From: Squalus acanthias
Taxonomy: Eukaryota
Length of the DNA stretch: 64,000 nucleotides
Assembly: GCA_030390025.1 (NCBI GenBank)
Contig: CM059432.1
Coordinates: forward strand, 94,800,001 to 94,864,000
Direction of reading: 5' to 3'
Shown: positions 1 to 11,729 of the stretch, one piece after another
Position numbering within the stretch: position 1 is the stretch's first letter
Layout: each line of letters opens with the position of its first letter
The notes under the pieces: model-generated
Databases searched by the model: none
The model's input: only the letters and a program-made list of their open reading frames with translations
Told to the model about the DNA's origin: nothing
Position numbers and translations under genes: made by a program

Positions 1-154
1 TAATTTGAGCAAGGTATTTTTTGTGACAAAAATCAAGGGGGTACTTCCATTTTTTTTCCCCGGCCAAGTCTTACTGTGTCAGTGTTTCTTACATCCTCAT
101 GCTGCTTGCCTTCCTGCCATGCTTTCTAAGCTGGCCTTTCTCCCTTCCAAACTG

Positions 155-500
155 TCAGTTTGGCTCAGTTGGCATAACTTAGTCTGCAGTTTGTGAGCTC
201 AAGTTCTGCATCTAATCTATGCTAATATTTCAGTGCTGCATTGTCAGAGGTGCTGTCTTTCAGATGGGATGTTGATGTGAGCCCTGTCTGCAATGGGATC
301 TTTGAAGAAGTTCCCACGATGCTACTTGAAGAGGTGTTGAGTGTTGTCCTGATGTCTTGGCCAATATTCATCCCTTAACCAATGCCATCAAAAACAGATT
401 AACTGGCTAGTTATCTCATTTACTATTTGTGAGACCTGTAAATTGGCTGCTCCATTTGCCTGCAAACAATAAACACTACATTTCAAAAGTAATTCTTCAG
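155..500 (+). mobile_element. Old, diverged Deu-domain tRNA-SINE
   Basis: A-box-like tggctcagttgg at about 161, then gtgctgcattgtcagaggtgctgtctttcagatg and ggccaatattcatcccttaacc; collinear with the reverse complement of 18056-18497. Confidence 0.7.
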
Positions 501-1108
501 TTTTGTGTTGAAGAAATCTACAGAACTCAACAATTGTGATTCCTGAAATTAATATCATTTATGCCATTTTTGAAAGAGTAAGATTTTCAGTGTTTGAACA
601 TAAGAAATAGGAGCAGGACTAGGCCATTTGGCCCTTCTCCGCCATGCAATAAGATCATGGCTAATCTTCTATCTCAACTCTACCTTCCCGCACTATCCCC
701 ATATCCCTTGATTCCCAGTATCTAAAAATCTATAGATCTCTGTCTTGAATATACCCAATGACTGAGTATCCATGGCCCTCTGGGGTAGAGAATTCCAAAG
801 ATTCACAACCCTCTGAGTGAAGAAATGACTCCTCATCTCAGTCCTAAATGGCTAACCCCTTATTCTGAGACTGTGACTGTTCTCTCACCATTTAAAAAGT
901 ATTCTGCTCTTCTATTTTTCCTACCAAAGTGGATAACTTCACATTTCTCCACATTACATTCCATCTTCAACGTTCTTGCCCACCCATTTACCATGTCTAT
1001 ATCCCTTTGCAGCCTCTTTGTGTCCTCCTCACAACTTACTTTCCCACCTAGCTTTGTATCATCAGCAAACTTGGATGCGTTACACTCGATCCCTTTATCT
1101 AAGTCAAT

Positions 1109-1875
1109 GGCCCAGAAATTAAACAGTGAGGGTTCCCGCGGGGGTAAGGAATCCCCGCGATATCGCTCCCCGCGATATCGCACTCCGCGCCTACCTTTTT
1201 GCTCCGGGCCCACACGAACTTTAGTCTGAAAGGCTCTCTCTCTTGGAACCGTGCAGTGCTTGCGTGACCCAGAGACGCAATTAGTTTGTGCGAGCTCTGG
1301 GATCACGTGATTCAGTTAGAGCCAATGGCAGCACACCATCTTTCATTCATAATTTTGACAGGAAGACCTGTCAAAGCTATGAATACTATACCCCCCCCCC
1401 CCAAAGAACAGCTAAATCTCAATTAAATTAAAAAAAAAGCCATCACATTAATAAAATAAGTATAGTTAAATAAATTAACCACTTTAAACAAATAAATTTT
1501 TGAAAAAATTTAAAATCTTTTTAAAGTTATAAAAATAAACTTACCTTTCTTTAAAGTCTCTAAAAAAGATAAACCTGTTGAAAAAAATTTAAAATAACAC
1601 TTAATTAACTACTTACCTTGTAAAAAGGGGGTCCTACGCCTGCTTTCTTTATGTGTAAAATGTAATCCACTTACCTGCGCGTTCAAAGCTGAAAAAATAA
1701 CTAAGTGCACTGCGTGCGCACAGCCTGTAGCGCGCACGCGGTTCACTTAGGAACCGCCCCCTTTTGAATTCACGAAGTGCCGGTTTCCCGTGCATGCAGG
1801 AAACCGGCAATTGGAGACCTAATACGCGAGGGTACACAGTGCGTACTCTCGCGTATTAGGTCTAATTTTCGGGCC
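1109..1875 (-). mobile_element. Non-autonomous Harbinger/PIF-type MITE (767 bp)
   Basis: Termini ggcccagaaatta / taattttcgggcc; flanks aat/att; CpG-rich arms and AT-rich core; cleanly interrupts a CR1; strand given relative to the copy at 47079. Confidence 0.85.
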
Positions 1876-1946
1876 ATTAATATAGATTGTCAATAGCTGA
1901 CGCCCAAGCACTGATTCTTGTGGTACCCTACTAGTTACAGCCTGCC

Positions 1947-2108
1947 AACTTGAAAATGACCCATTTATTCCTACTTTCTGTTTGCTGTCAGTTTACTAAT
2001 CCTCAATTCATGCTACCCCCCCTATCCCAACTTGAAAATGACCCATTTATTCCTACTTTCTGTTTGCTGTCAGTTTACTAATCCTCAATTCATGCTACCC
2101 CCCATCCC
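1947..2108 (+). repeat. Tandem duplication, about 81 bp x2
   Basis: aacttgaaaatgacccatttattcc...catgctacccccc(ct)atccc occurs at 1947-2028 and 2029-2108. Confidence 0.95.
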
Positions 2109-2749
2109 ATGAGCCCTAATTTTGTGCAATAACCTCTTGTGGCACCTTTTACACTACATCCACTGGTTCCCCCTTATCTACCCTGCTAGTTACAACCTCA
2201 AAAAACTAATAGATTTGTCAAACACGATTGCCCTTTCATAATATGACTCTACCCAATTATATTAGGATTTTCTAAGTGCCCTGTTACAACGTCCCTAATA
2301 ATAGATTCTAGCATTTTCCCTACTACTGATGACCGGCTAACTGGCCTATAGTTCCCTGTTTTCTTTCTCCCTCCTTTCTTGAATAGCGGGGTTACATTTG
2401 CTACCTTTGAATCCGCGGGGACCGTTCTAAAATCTAGGGAATTTTAGAAGATCAAAACCAACGCATCCACTATCTCTGTAGCCACCTTTTTTTAAACCCC
2501 AGGATGCAGGCCATCAGGGCCAGGGGATTGTCAGCTTTTAGTCCCATTAATTTCTCCAGTACTATTTGCCAATGAAGTTACTCACCATCAGTTCACATTT
2601 TGTTCTGTTAAGTCCAACTGACAATTCTAATCTGCCATGATGGTCTCTGAGTTGTAACTAGAAGATGTTGTGCATTATCTGACTAATTGCTGAAGTTTGA
2701 AACTCACTGAATAGATGCTGAGGGTGTTCATAAATAAAAACATTTTTGC

Positions 2750-3110
2750 TCTCCAGTCTTCTACTTTCCTTCCTTCTGAAGCCCTGAACCATGCTGGCTT
2801 ATAATTCAATAGAGACTAACTGTCCCCCAGTAGCTTGCCCAAGTGGGTGTTCTTGTCGTGTAGATCCAGACAGTGAATGTTGTGGGGCATTCCAGTCCTG
2901 TGCTCATCAGACTCGACTTTCTAGCAGAGAGTCATGAGTCATGGCTGATGTAAAAAAAAATCTTCCCCTCACCAACCCAGTGACACTGAAGCCAGTTGTA
3001 GCGGTACTGCCTTTCCAGCTAAGAGCAGTTAACTTAGCTCACAATAGGGACCTCCCTGCTCTGTATAACTCAACACCAACAGGAAGTGCAGTGGACCACT
3101 GTGGTACTGG
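2750..3110 (-). mobile_element. Ancient SINE copy (AmnSINE2-like family, name tentative)
   Basis: Reverse complement is collinear with 10900-11270 and 30720-31090 (cagttaacttagc, gacagtgaatg, gcccaagtgg blocks). Confidence 0.6.
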
Positions 3111-3269
3111 AGGATCTATTGAAATATTGTAACTTCAAAACAATAAATCAGCTGGGGAACAGTTAATTGAAAGGCACAGGTTTTGATGGTGCTTCATTGT
3201 AGTCTGGTTAAAATGAATTTATGTCCACAATTTCCCCCACAGAGTGTATTTTTGATTGTAGCTGATTGG

Positions 3270-3915
3270 CCTACGCCTGTTCCCATGTTCCACTTAGCCC
3301 CTCAAGCCTATTCCGCCATGCAGTTCGATCATGGCTAATCTGTACCTCAGCTCCACTTACGTGCCTTTGACCCATATCCCTTGCCTAATAAAAACCTATC
3401 AATCGCTGTCTTGAAAATTTCAATTGACCCAGCATCCACAGCCTTTTGGGGCAGAGATTTTCACATTTTCACTACCCTTTGTGTGAAAATATGCTTCCTG
3501 ATTTCACTCTTGAACGACCTAGCTCTAATAAGATTGTGTCCCCTTGCTCTGGATTGGCCCACCAGAGAAAATAGCTTCTTTGTACCTACTCTCTCAAATC
3601 AGTTTATTGTTTTAAACACCTGAAGTAGATCACCCCTCAACCTTCTAACTTGAGGAAATACAAGTTTATGCAACCTAGCCTCTTATTTTAACCCTTTAAG
3701 CCCTGGTTTTGTTCTGATGAAGCAGTGCTGTATGCTCTCCAAGGCCAATATATCTTTTGTGAGGTGGGGTGCCCACAACTAAATGCAATACTCCAGATGG
3801 GGTCTGTCTAAGGCTCTACAACAGAAGCATAACTTCCTCCCCACTGTATTTCAACCCTCTTGAGATAAAGGCCAACATTCCAGTAGCCTTTTTGATTACT
3901 TTTTGTAATGTCCTA
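3270..3915 (-). mobile_element. CR1 LINE 3' fragment
   Basis: gatcatggctaatctgtacctc 3' UTR block; gagataaaggccaacattccagtagcc is the antisense of the KATGMLAFI-type motif. Confidence 0.88.
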
Positions 3916-5626
3916 ATGCATGTTAAGCTTGTGGCTTTAGAGTTCCTAACCATGCCGTGGAGGGGCTTCCTTTGTTCAATGTTAGATCTGGGCTTAGCCT
4001 TTTGTTATGAACTTATGGTTTAAAAAAAAAGGGACTGGCTGGGAAGAGGGCTCCCACCTATACTGATCTGTTGCCCACGACGCTAGATAACATGCTGGCC
4101 TCAAGTGGGGTATGTGTCTTTGTCATAGTCCTTTGCTTGAGGATTAAGGGAGCAAGTAGTTGGTGATTAATATTGGACTTGGATATCTAGAACATCGATG
4201 TGGCTGGTATGTTGGAAGCTTACAGGTGCTCTGTGCTGGCAGGCTGCATAGTTAAGCTCCAGCAATATCCCTATGCAAACACTTTTTTGGAGGGAGGAGG
4301 AATCCTCTAAACCTTGGCTCTTGCCAACTTTCCATAAGCGCTCTGGTCCTGCCAGTGGGGGGTATCCCTTTTAAGGAGAGCATTTACACTCGAGCAAACA
4401 GAAACTGCTTACATGGTGATGTTTTGCCACCTACCAGGCACCTAGCTAATCAAATAAAAAATAATATTTTTTCAGTACTTGTTAATCCTGCCAAGTAAGT
4501 GAGCCTAAATATTAACTTCATAGAATAAATTTGCGAGCAACAATGGTAAAAGCATCCATCGTAAAGATTTGAACAAGCTGTTACATGACTGAAACCCTTC
4601 ACTTTTGTACCATCCTTGTAAACTTTAATTTGAACAAACATTAGTGGCAAAGCCTAATCAGGAGCTTTGGAATTTGTTTTTGTATGCCATCTTGTTACAC
4701 CCATTATACATGTCGCTCCAAGTTTGAAATACATTTTCTTTTCGGTATGCAAGTCTGCAAATGCAGTCTATTTGTACAAGCTCCAACAAGATTTCTGCAT
4801 TCTGTAGCATTTCAAACTATTAATCACAGAACTTTGATAGAAATCTGATCCCCGGGAGCCCTTGGATGTATTTTTCTTTAACATCATAAATTTGAGGTAC
4901 ACTGGAATTCAATGCCATTTTATGTATGCGATCTTGTATGAATAAATGCAAATGCTCTGATCTGTAGTGAAAATTTATCCCTTGGCTAGCGTCTGATGGC
5001 TCGGAGTGGCCCTTTCAACTATATTTCGCTTGTAAGTTAGGTTGCACAGAAAAAACCTTACAGTTAGAGCTGCTGATCTAAGTGGAAGTCAAAACTGATG
5101 ACTGATAATTGTGCTAAAAAGTTTGAATCATACAATTTATTAAATCATAAAGTGGGAATTTAGTGCAATTTGAAAAAAAAATTCAGATAATTTGAATTGA
5201 GCAACTTTTAAGAGTAAACTGTATTTTCTGTAACGGCAGCTTTTAAGATCTAGCATGGTTACAGTATGCATTGCTTGGTTGTTGGAAAGCAGTTTCTGAT
5301 GTTTGGGACAGCTTGCGATTGTAAATAAGTTTTAACAAAAAATGCTGCACAGTGTAAATGGGGAGATCACTGGGGACCACAGCTTCAATTAGAAACAATT
5401 CTGCAATATAGAGCGGCTTAGGCGAGAATTTCACTTGGTGCCTATTTTAAATATTAAATGATACAGTACATTGGAGATCCAGAGTGCATGCTGTGCCACA
5501 GAATGGTAAATGCTGGTTCATGCCTGCAGTAGTTCTTGGGGAACTGCTGATGCCAGCAGTGATGCTGTGCGAAGCTGCTAATTGGAGGCCAGCCACTATC
5601 TCACAGGAAGGGAAATTAAAAACAGT

Positions 5627-6346
5627 GGCCCAAAATTTGCGATCGGATGCCTCCGACTTGTTAAAAAAAAAATCTACGCATTTACCTGGTGGCCCGGGAG
5701 GTATGGAGGCTTGCGATTCTGGGCCTCTCCGAGTACCCGCGCGCGGGTAGAGGCCCACGTATCCCAGGGGCACATGCGGTTCGCAAGCGCCCCTGGGATC
5801 ACGTGAGCCGGCCCAACCAATAAAAGAAGGGATTCCCCATTCATACTTAAGGGAATTGCGTACGTACGGAACTCACGTAAGTATGAATGCGGATCACTTA
5901 AAAAATACACAAACACATGAATTTTTTTTTTTAAATTACATATTTAAAATGAATTAAATATTTTAAACGAAAATTTAATTTTTGGATTTTTTTTTTAATG
6001 TTTTAATGGGGCTAAAAATAAACTTACCTTATTCGACAGGGTTTTTAATGTGTAAATGAGTGATAACATTTTTTTAAAAAACTCTTATGTTGGTAAAAGC
6101 AGACCTTACGCCTGCTTTTACCAGGCGTAAGAATTTCACAGGCATTCAGCGGGCGGAAGTTGGGCAAATAGCACAACTCTCCACCTGCAGAGGCCCATCT
6201 CCCGGGCATGCGGAGGATCTGTCAAGAGGATTCTTGACAGATCTCAAGTTCCAGGTTTTAGCGCATGCCTAAACCTGGACCTTGCGCAGCCCCTACGGAC
6301 ACGTACGCACCTCGCATGCACCCGTAGGGGTCGCAAAATACGGCCC
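5627..6346 (-). mobile_element. Harbinger/PIF-type MITE (720 bp) with AGT target-site duplication
   Basis: agt|ggcccaaaatttgcga ... tcgcaaaatacggccc|agt; internal ctgggatcacgtga motif shared with the other MITEs. Confidence 0.88.
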
Positions 6347-6884
6347 AGTTACTCCAGGATACTCTTTACACCGCCCAGCAATCGGTTATAAAACCAGATT
6401 ATCAGAGGCTTGAGAGTCTCTTATTTGTCTAAACGTTTCCATGTTCATGGCTGGTAGATGGTGGTGGAGAAAAAATAAAACACACTAAATATGAACGGTT
6501 GTATAGCTATTTTTTTTGGTTAAATTTTGAGTATTGATGAGGACATTTGAGTCCAAAATTCTCCAGGAGCTGAATTACCTTAACATCAATAGATTCAATA
6601 TAATCATTAACTTCAGCTGTTCTGGTGTAATTTAAAATTTTAATTTAGCTTCATCACATTGTTAAACTCTAATTGCTCTCAGACAGTATTCCCCAATTTT
6701 AACCTTTATTAAACGAGATATTTGGGGGGGGGGGGGGGAAATCAAAATAGAAGACAGACCACAAATGATTTAAGTTTTAGTTCAGGTACAATGAAGAGTT
6801 TGTCTTGTTCACCATTTAAACATTTTGTGACTGTCCAGATGGATTGCAGTGGTCTCTTGCTCTTGGACAGTCCTAAGATCTGTA

Positions 6885-7070
6885 TTCCCTCTCCTATTGA
6901 GGTGACTTGTGTTGCAACATGGTTCAGTGGTTGCCAATGGCCCTGACAGTGAGTTTCCATGGGCTATTCAGCTGTGGAGGACATGGCATGGAATCTGATT
7001 TTTAACTGAAGTTAATACACTTGCGACAGTGGTCATGGTATAGCAATCTTTTTTTCTTCCCTCGGACATC
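6885..7070 (-). mobile_element. Ancient AmnSINE2-like SINE fragment
   Basis: ctgacagtgagt...ggctattcagctgtggagg matches the antisense of the family core. Confidence 0.45.
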
Positions 7071-8309
7071 TGGATCACTTTTTTTGGGCAGAGTACGCAT
7101 TCAGTTTCAAGTCTGGCTCATGATCTGAAGAAATGGAGACTGTAGTTAGTTCTTTGACTTGAGCCTTTCAATCAGTGCAGGAGTTTCTATTGACTTATCT
7201 GTAGTAGAACTTGAAGGTAAGCACTGAATGAGATCAGGCCAGGTAGCTTATCAAGCCGCCTCCGTCCAACAAATAAAGTCTAGTTTGCATTGTCATGTAG
7301 CATTTATTGATTTCTTGAGCAAGTTCAGTTACCACAGATTAAATTTGTAAGATAACTGTGTGAAATTTCTCTACCACTTCCACTCCCACAGGTAATTAAG
7401 TGAAAAATCCAGGATTTCGATCGAACATTACATTCTCCATTACTCAATCTTAACGAGATACGTTTTCCCAAAGTTCCAACAGGACTGGTAACATCATGTT
7501 CTGTTTATGTCTCTATTTACCCATTATAACTTTCAATTCTGTAGATATTCATCAAGGGTTTTTGTAAAGTAGTTCATTGACGTGACATTATGGGGGACAT
7601 CAATGCAAAGTACTCCTTCCTCCTGCAAAACTTTTTTATGCATCATTCTCCGCTCATTTTAGGCAGCAGATATTTACATTTAATATGTGTTAGCAATTTT
7701 GAGACCTGCAATATTGTGCCTCAGCTGAAAAAGCCTACTCTGATGATGGCTGCATTGGCTTCCTGTCTAGTTGGCCACCATTGAAGTGAGGTGGTTGAGC
7801 ATCGTTTTTGCTCAGAATACCAATCCCACTGCACATCAGCTGGTACTGACCCTTTGTCATGTGTTTGAGGGCTAGGATCAGTATTCAGGAGCAAGAGACA
7901 TGCTAATCTCACAGTTAAGTGGCAGTTGACTAGAGAGGTACCTGCGGATCCAGAAAAAGGCAAGCATCTCTTTTTTTTAGTGAGGAGTTCATCCTCCCAA
8001 AGCTTCTTCTAAGCTCCAGCTTTTTCTCTTCAGGGTCATTCAATTTGTACCCAATCGCTAGTTCTGCAATTATCATTTAAGTTAAATGAGTTGCTTCATT
8101 TTTCAGTATCTCATTGTGACGTTTTAAAGAACTGGACCATTTTTGTGCAGTGAAAACCAGCCCGGTTTGCCACTTTTTAAAGTTTCGTCGGACTGAGCTC
8201 AATTGGTTAATGCCTTGTATGGTGGCATGGCAAACATGATTTGGCTTAAAAAGATGTCCATCAGACATCTGTGTTTTTTCTACTTTCAATTTTTTTTGTC
8301 TGTGTTAAG

Positions 8310-8500
8310 TCTCTGTTGTGGGTAGGATAGACTGGACCAAACAAGTACTGGTAAGCGTGGCTCCTCATTCAAGTTCTACATGCACACTTGCCAGTGGAGG
8401 GGACTGAATAGCATCAGGGAGTGGGAATCCTGGCTGATTTTCCCATTTATTCTTTGTTTAATCCCCACCCCCTACTCAAACTCTGAACACTAAGGTGCTA
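8310..8500 (-). mobile_element. Ancient AmnSINE2-like SINE fragment
   Basis: catgcacacttgccag...gaatagcatcagggagtgggaatcctggctgattttccc matches the antisense of 11060-11125. Confidence 0.55.
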
Positions 8501-8509
8501 ATAAGAGAC

Positions 8510-10445
8510 GGAGATCCGTTATTTCAGCATAGGCACCACTATTTAAGAAGGGCAAGAGATCAACTAGGAAATTATAGGCCTATTAGTCTAATGTCAGTTG
8601 TGGGGAAGTTACTAGAATCTGTTATTAGGGACAGAGAGTGGCTGAGCATTTTGGACAAATATGAGCTGATCAGCATGGATTTGTAAAGGGTAAGTCGTGT
8701 GTAACAAACTTAGTTGAATTTTTTTGAGGGGGTAACTAACGTGGTAGATAAAAGAGTGTCTATGGATGTTATTTATATGGATGTCCGGAAGGCATTCGAC
8801 AAGGTTATACGGAAGAGACTGTTAACAAAAATGAGAGCACATGGAATTGGAGGCAACCTATTGCCTTGGATAGGGAATTGGCTAGGAGGTAAGAGACAGA
8901 GAGTAGGGATAATGGGTATGTACTCAAATTGGCAGGGTGTGACTTGTGGTGGCCCCCCAGGGATCTGTACTGGGGCCACAGCTTTTCACCATATTTATAA
9001 ATGACTTGGGATGACTGAATAGAGAACCATATATCTAAGTTTCTTGACAACACTAAGTTAGGTGGCACATTAAATAGTGTAGAAAGCAGCAGAAAGTTGC
9101 AAAAGGACATTGATAGATTAAGTAAGTGGGCAAAACTGTGGCAGATGGAGTTCAATGTGGGAAAGGGTGAGGTCATCCACTTTGGACCTAAGAAAGATGG
9201 ATCTATTTTCTAAATGATGAGAAGGAGAGAGATTCAGGGGTCCAAGTGCAGAAATCACTAAAAGCTAGCGGGCAGGTACAAAAAATAATTTAAAAGGTTA
9301 ATGGAATGTTAGCCTCTATCTCCAAAGGGCTGGGATACAAAGGAGTGAAAGTTATGTTACAGCTGTACAGGGCTCTGCTTAGACCTCATCTGGAGCACTG
9401 CACTCAGTTCTGGGCACCGCACCTCAGGAAGGATATATTGGCCTTGGAGGGGGTGCAGCGCAGATTCACCAGAATGATACTGAGGCTAAAAGGGTTAAAT
9501 TATGAGGGCAGGTTGTATCGACTAGACTTGTATTCCCTTGAATAATTTTTTTAATACATTCATGGGATGTGGGCGTCGCTGGCAATTCGATCCAGCGAAG
9601 TTGAAGGAACGACAGATTTCCACGTCAGGATGGTGTGTGACTTGGTGTAGAATTTGGAGGTGCTGGTGTTCCCATGCGCCTGCTGCCCTTGTCCTTCTAG
9701 GCGGTAGAGGTCGCGGGTTTGGAGGTGCTGCCGAAGAAGCCTTGGCGAGTTGCTGCAGTGCATCTTGTAGATGATACACACTGCAGCCATAGTGAACTGG
9801 CGGTGGAGGGAGTGAATGTTTTAAGATGGTGGATGGGGTGCCAATCAAGCGGCTGCTTTGATGTGGGTGGTGTCGAGCTTCTTGAGTCTTGCTGGAGATT
9901 AAGGGGTGATCTAATTGAAGTGTTTAATATGATTAAAGGATTTGATTGGGTAGATAGAGAGAAACTATTTCCTCTGGTGGGGGAAGTCCAGAACAAGGGG
10001 GCATAACCTTAAAATTAGAGCTCGGCCGTTCAGGCATGATGTCAGGAACCTTTACACAGAGGGTAATGGAAATGTGGAACTCTTCTTCCCCAAAAAACTG
10101 TTGAGGCTAGGTGAATAACAATATTCAAGAAGTATTTACTTGAGCACTTGAAACACCATAGCATACAAGGCTACGGACCAAGTGCTGGAAAATGGGATTA
10201 GAATAGATAGGGCTTGATGGCCGGCGCGGACATGATGGGCTGAAGGGCCTCTTTCTGTGCTGTATAACTCTGACTCTCTGAATTAAAAATTTCAAAACTT
10301 AAGATTTTGTTAGGCAAGGGCATTAAGGATTACGGAATCAAGGCAGGTAAATGGAGTTAAGATACAGATCAGCCATGATCTAATTGAATGGCAGAACAGG
10401 TTTGAAGGGCTGAATGGCCTAATCCTGTTCCTATGTTCCTATTTA
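8510..10445 (+). mobile_element. CR1 LINE (RT to 3' end) with nested insertions
   Basis: GNYRPISLMSVVGKLLES, DVIYMDVRKAFDKV, RPHLEHCTQFWAPHLRKDI; tail cctgttcctatgttcctat. Confidence 0.92.
9545..9890 (-). mobile_element. CR1-clade family B 3' fragment nested in a CR1
   Basis: Minus-strand AAVCIIYKMHCSNSPRLLRQHL; interrupts host ttgtattcccttg...agattaaggggtgatc. Confidence 0.88.
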
Positions 10446-10480
10446 TCAAGAGAGCCATCAGGGCTACCAAATAAGTCTAG

Positions 10481-10744
<264 letters not shown>

Positions 10745-10899
10745 TAAGTGTACGGACAAATTGTGGGTTGGTGGAAGCCTTATTTGGTCATCCTGTTTAC
10801 TTTGTTGATCTTTATCCTGTCATGCAAAATTTCAGCATTCTAGAATGCTTTAATTTGTCAGTTCATGCCATTATCTTTGCTATTAAAATGGGTGGAATT

Positions 10900-11270
10900 A
10901 GCTTCCTGCTGGCTTGATGAATTTATCCAGTGAGTAGCTGAGCTGTATAGACTACTTGGGTCCCGGGTTTGATTCTTCAGCTTGCTGAGTTAGCTGACCT
11001 CAGCCAAGTTGGTGGTAGGGCCACTACTATTGGTCCGAGTGACCCTTGGTTGAGGAGAGGAAAATCGACCAAAAGTTCCTGCTCCTGGTCACTATTAGCC
11101 ACTCTATTTGTAGTGTGTAGATGTTGGGTGAGGACAGTATTGGGATGAGCTGTGATGCGGACTTCCATTTCTGGTCAAATAATCTGCCAATACTCATTTG
11201 CGTGTTGATAATGTCCACTTTAGTACCTGTGGAACTGTACCCCAGCAGGTCTGATGACATCTGGAGAGTG
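10900..11270 (+). mobile_element. Ancient tRNA-SINE (AmnSINE2-like, name tentative)
   Basis: B-box-like ggtttgattc; gctgagttagctgacctcagcc, gttcctgctcctggtcactat, gggtgaggacag and gtggaactgtaccccagca blocks recur in several other copies in the window. Confidence 0.65.
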
Positions 11271-11329
11271 AAGTTGTATGTACAACTTGTCAGAGCTGCT
11301 CGATTGTGCAGAAACTGATTTTTCCCCCA

Positions 11330-11700
11330 CATGGCTGCAGTGTGTACCATCTACAAGATGCACTGCAGCAACTCGCCAAGGCTTCTTCGGCAGCACCTCC
11401 CAAACCCGCGACCTATTCCACCTAGAAGGACAAGGGCAGCAGGCACATGGGAACACCACCACCTCCAAGTTCCCCTCCAAGTCACACACCATCCTGACTT
11501 AGAAGTATATCGCCGATCCTTCATCGTTGCTGGGTCAATATCCTGGAACTCCCTACCTAACAGCACTGTGGGAGTACCATCACCACACGGACTGCAGCGG
11601 TTCAAGAAGGCGACTCACCACCACCGTCTCAAGGGCAACTAGGGATGGGCAATAAATGCTGGTATTGCCAGTGATGCCCTGATCACAAACGAATAAAAAA
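11330..11700 (+). mobile_element. CR1-clade family B 3' end
   Basis: AAVCTIYKMHCSNSPRLLRQHLPNPRP...SWNSLPNSTVG; 3' UTR agggatgggcaataaatgctgg and A-rich tail. Confidence 0.9.
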
Positions 11701-11729
11701 CAAATAATAATCATAATGTCAGAGTCATA

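Larger units (their letters stand above)
596..2565 (-). mobile_element. CR1 LINE fragment (RT to 3' end), split by a MITE at 1109-1875
   Basis: Minus-strand SKFADDTKLGGKV...VEKCEVIHFGRKN; 3' tail ttcttatgttc; CR1 sequence resumes after 1875. Confidence 0.9.
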
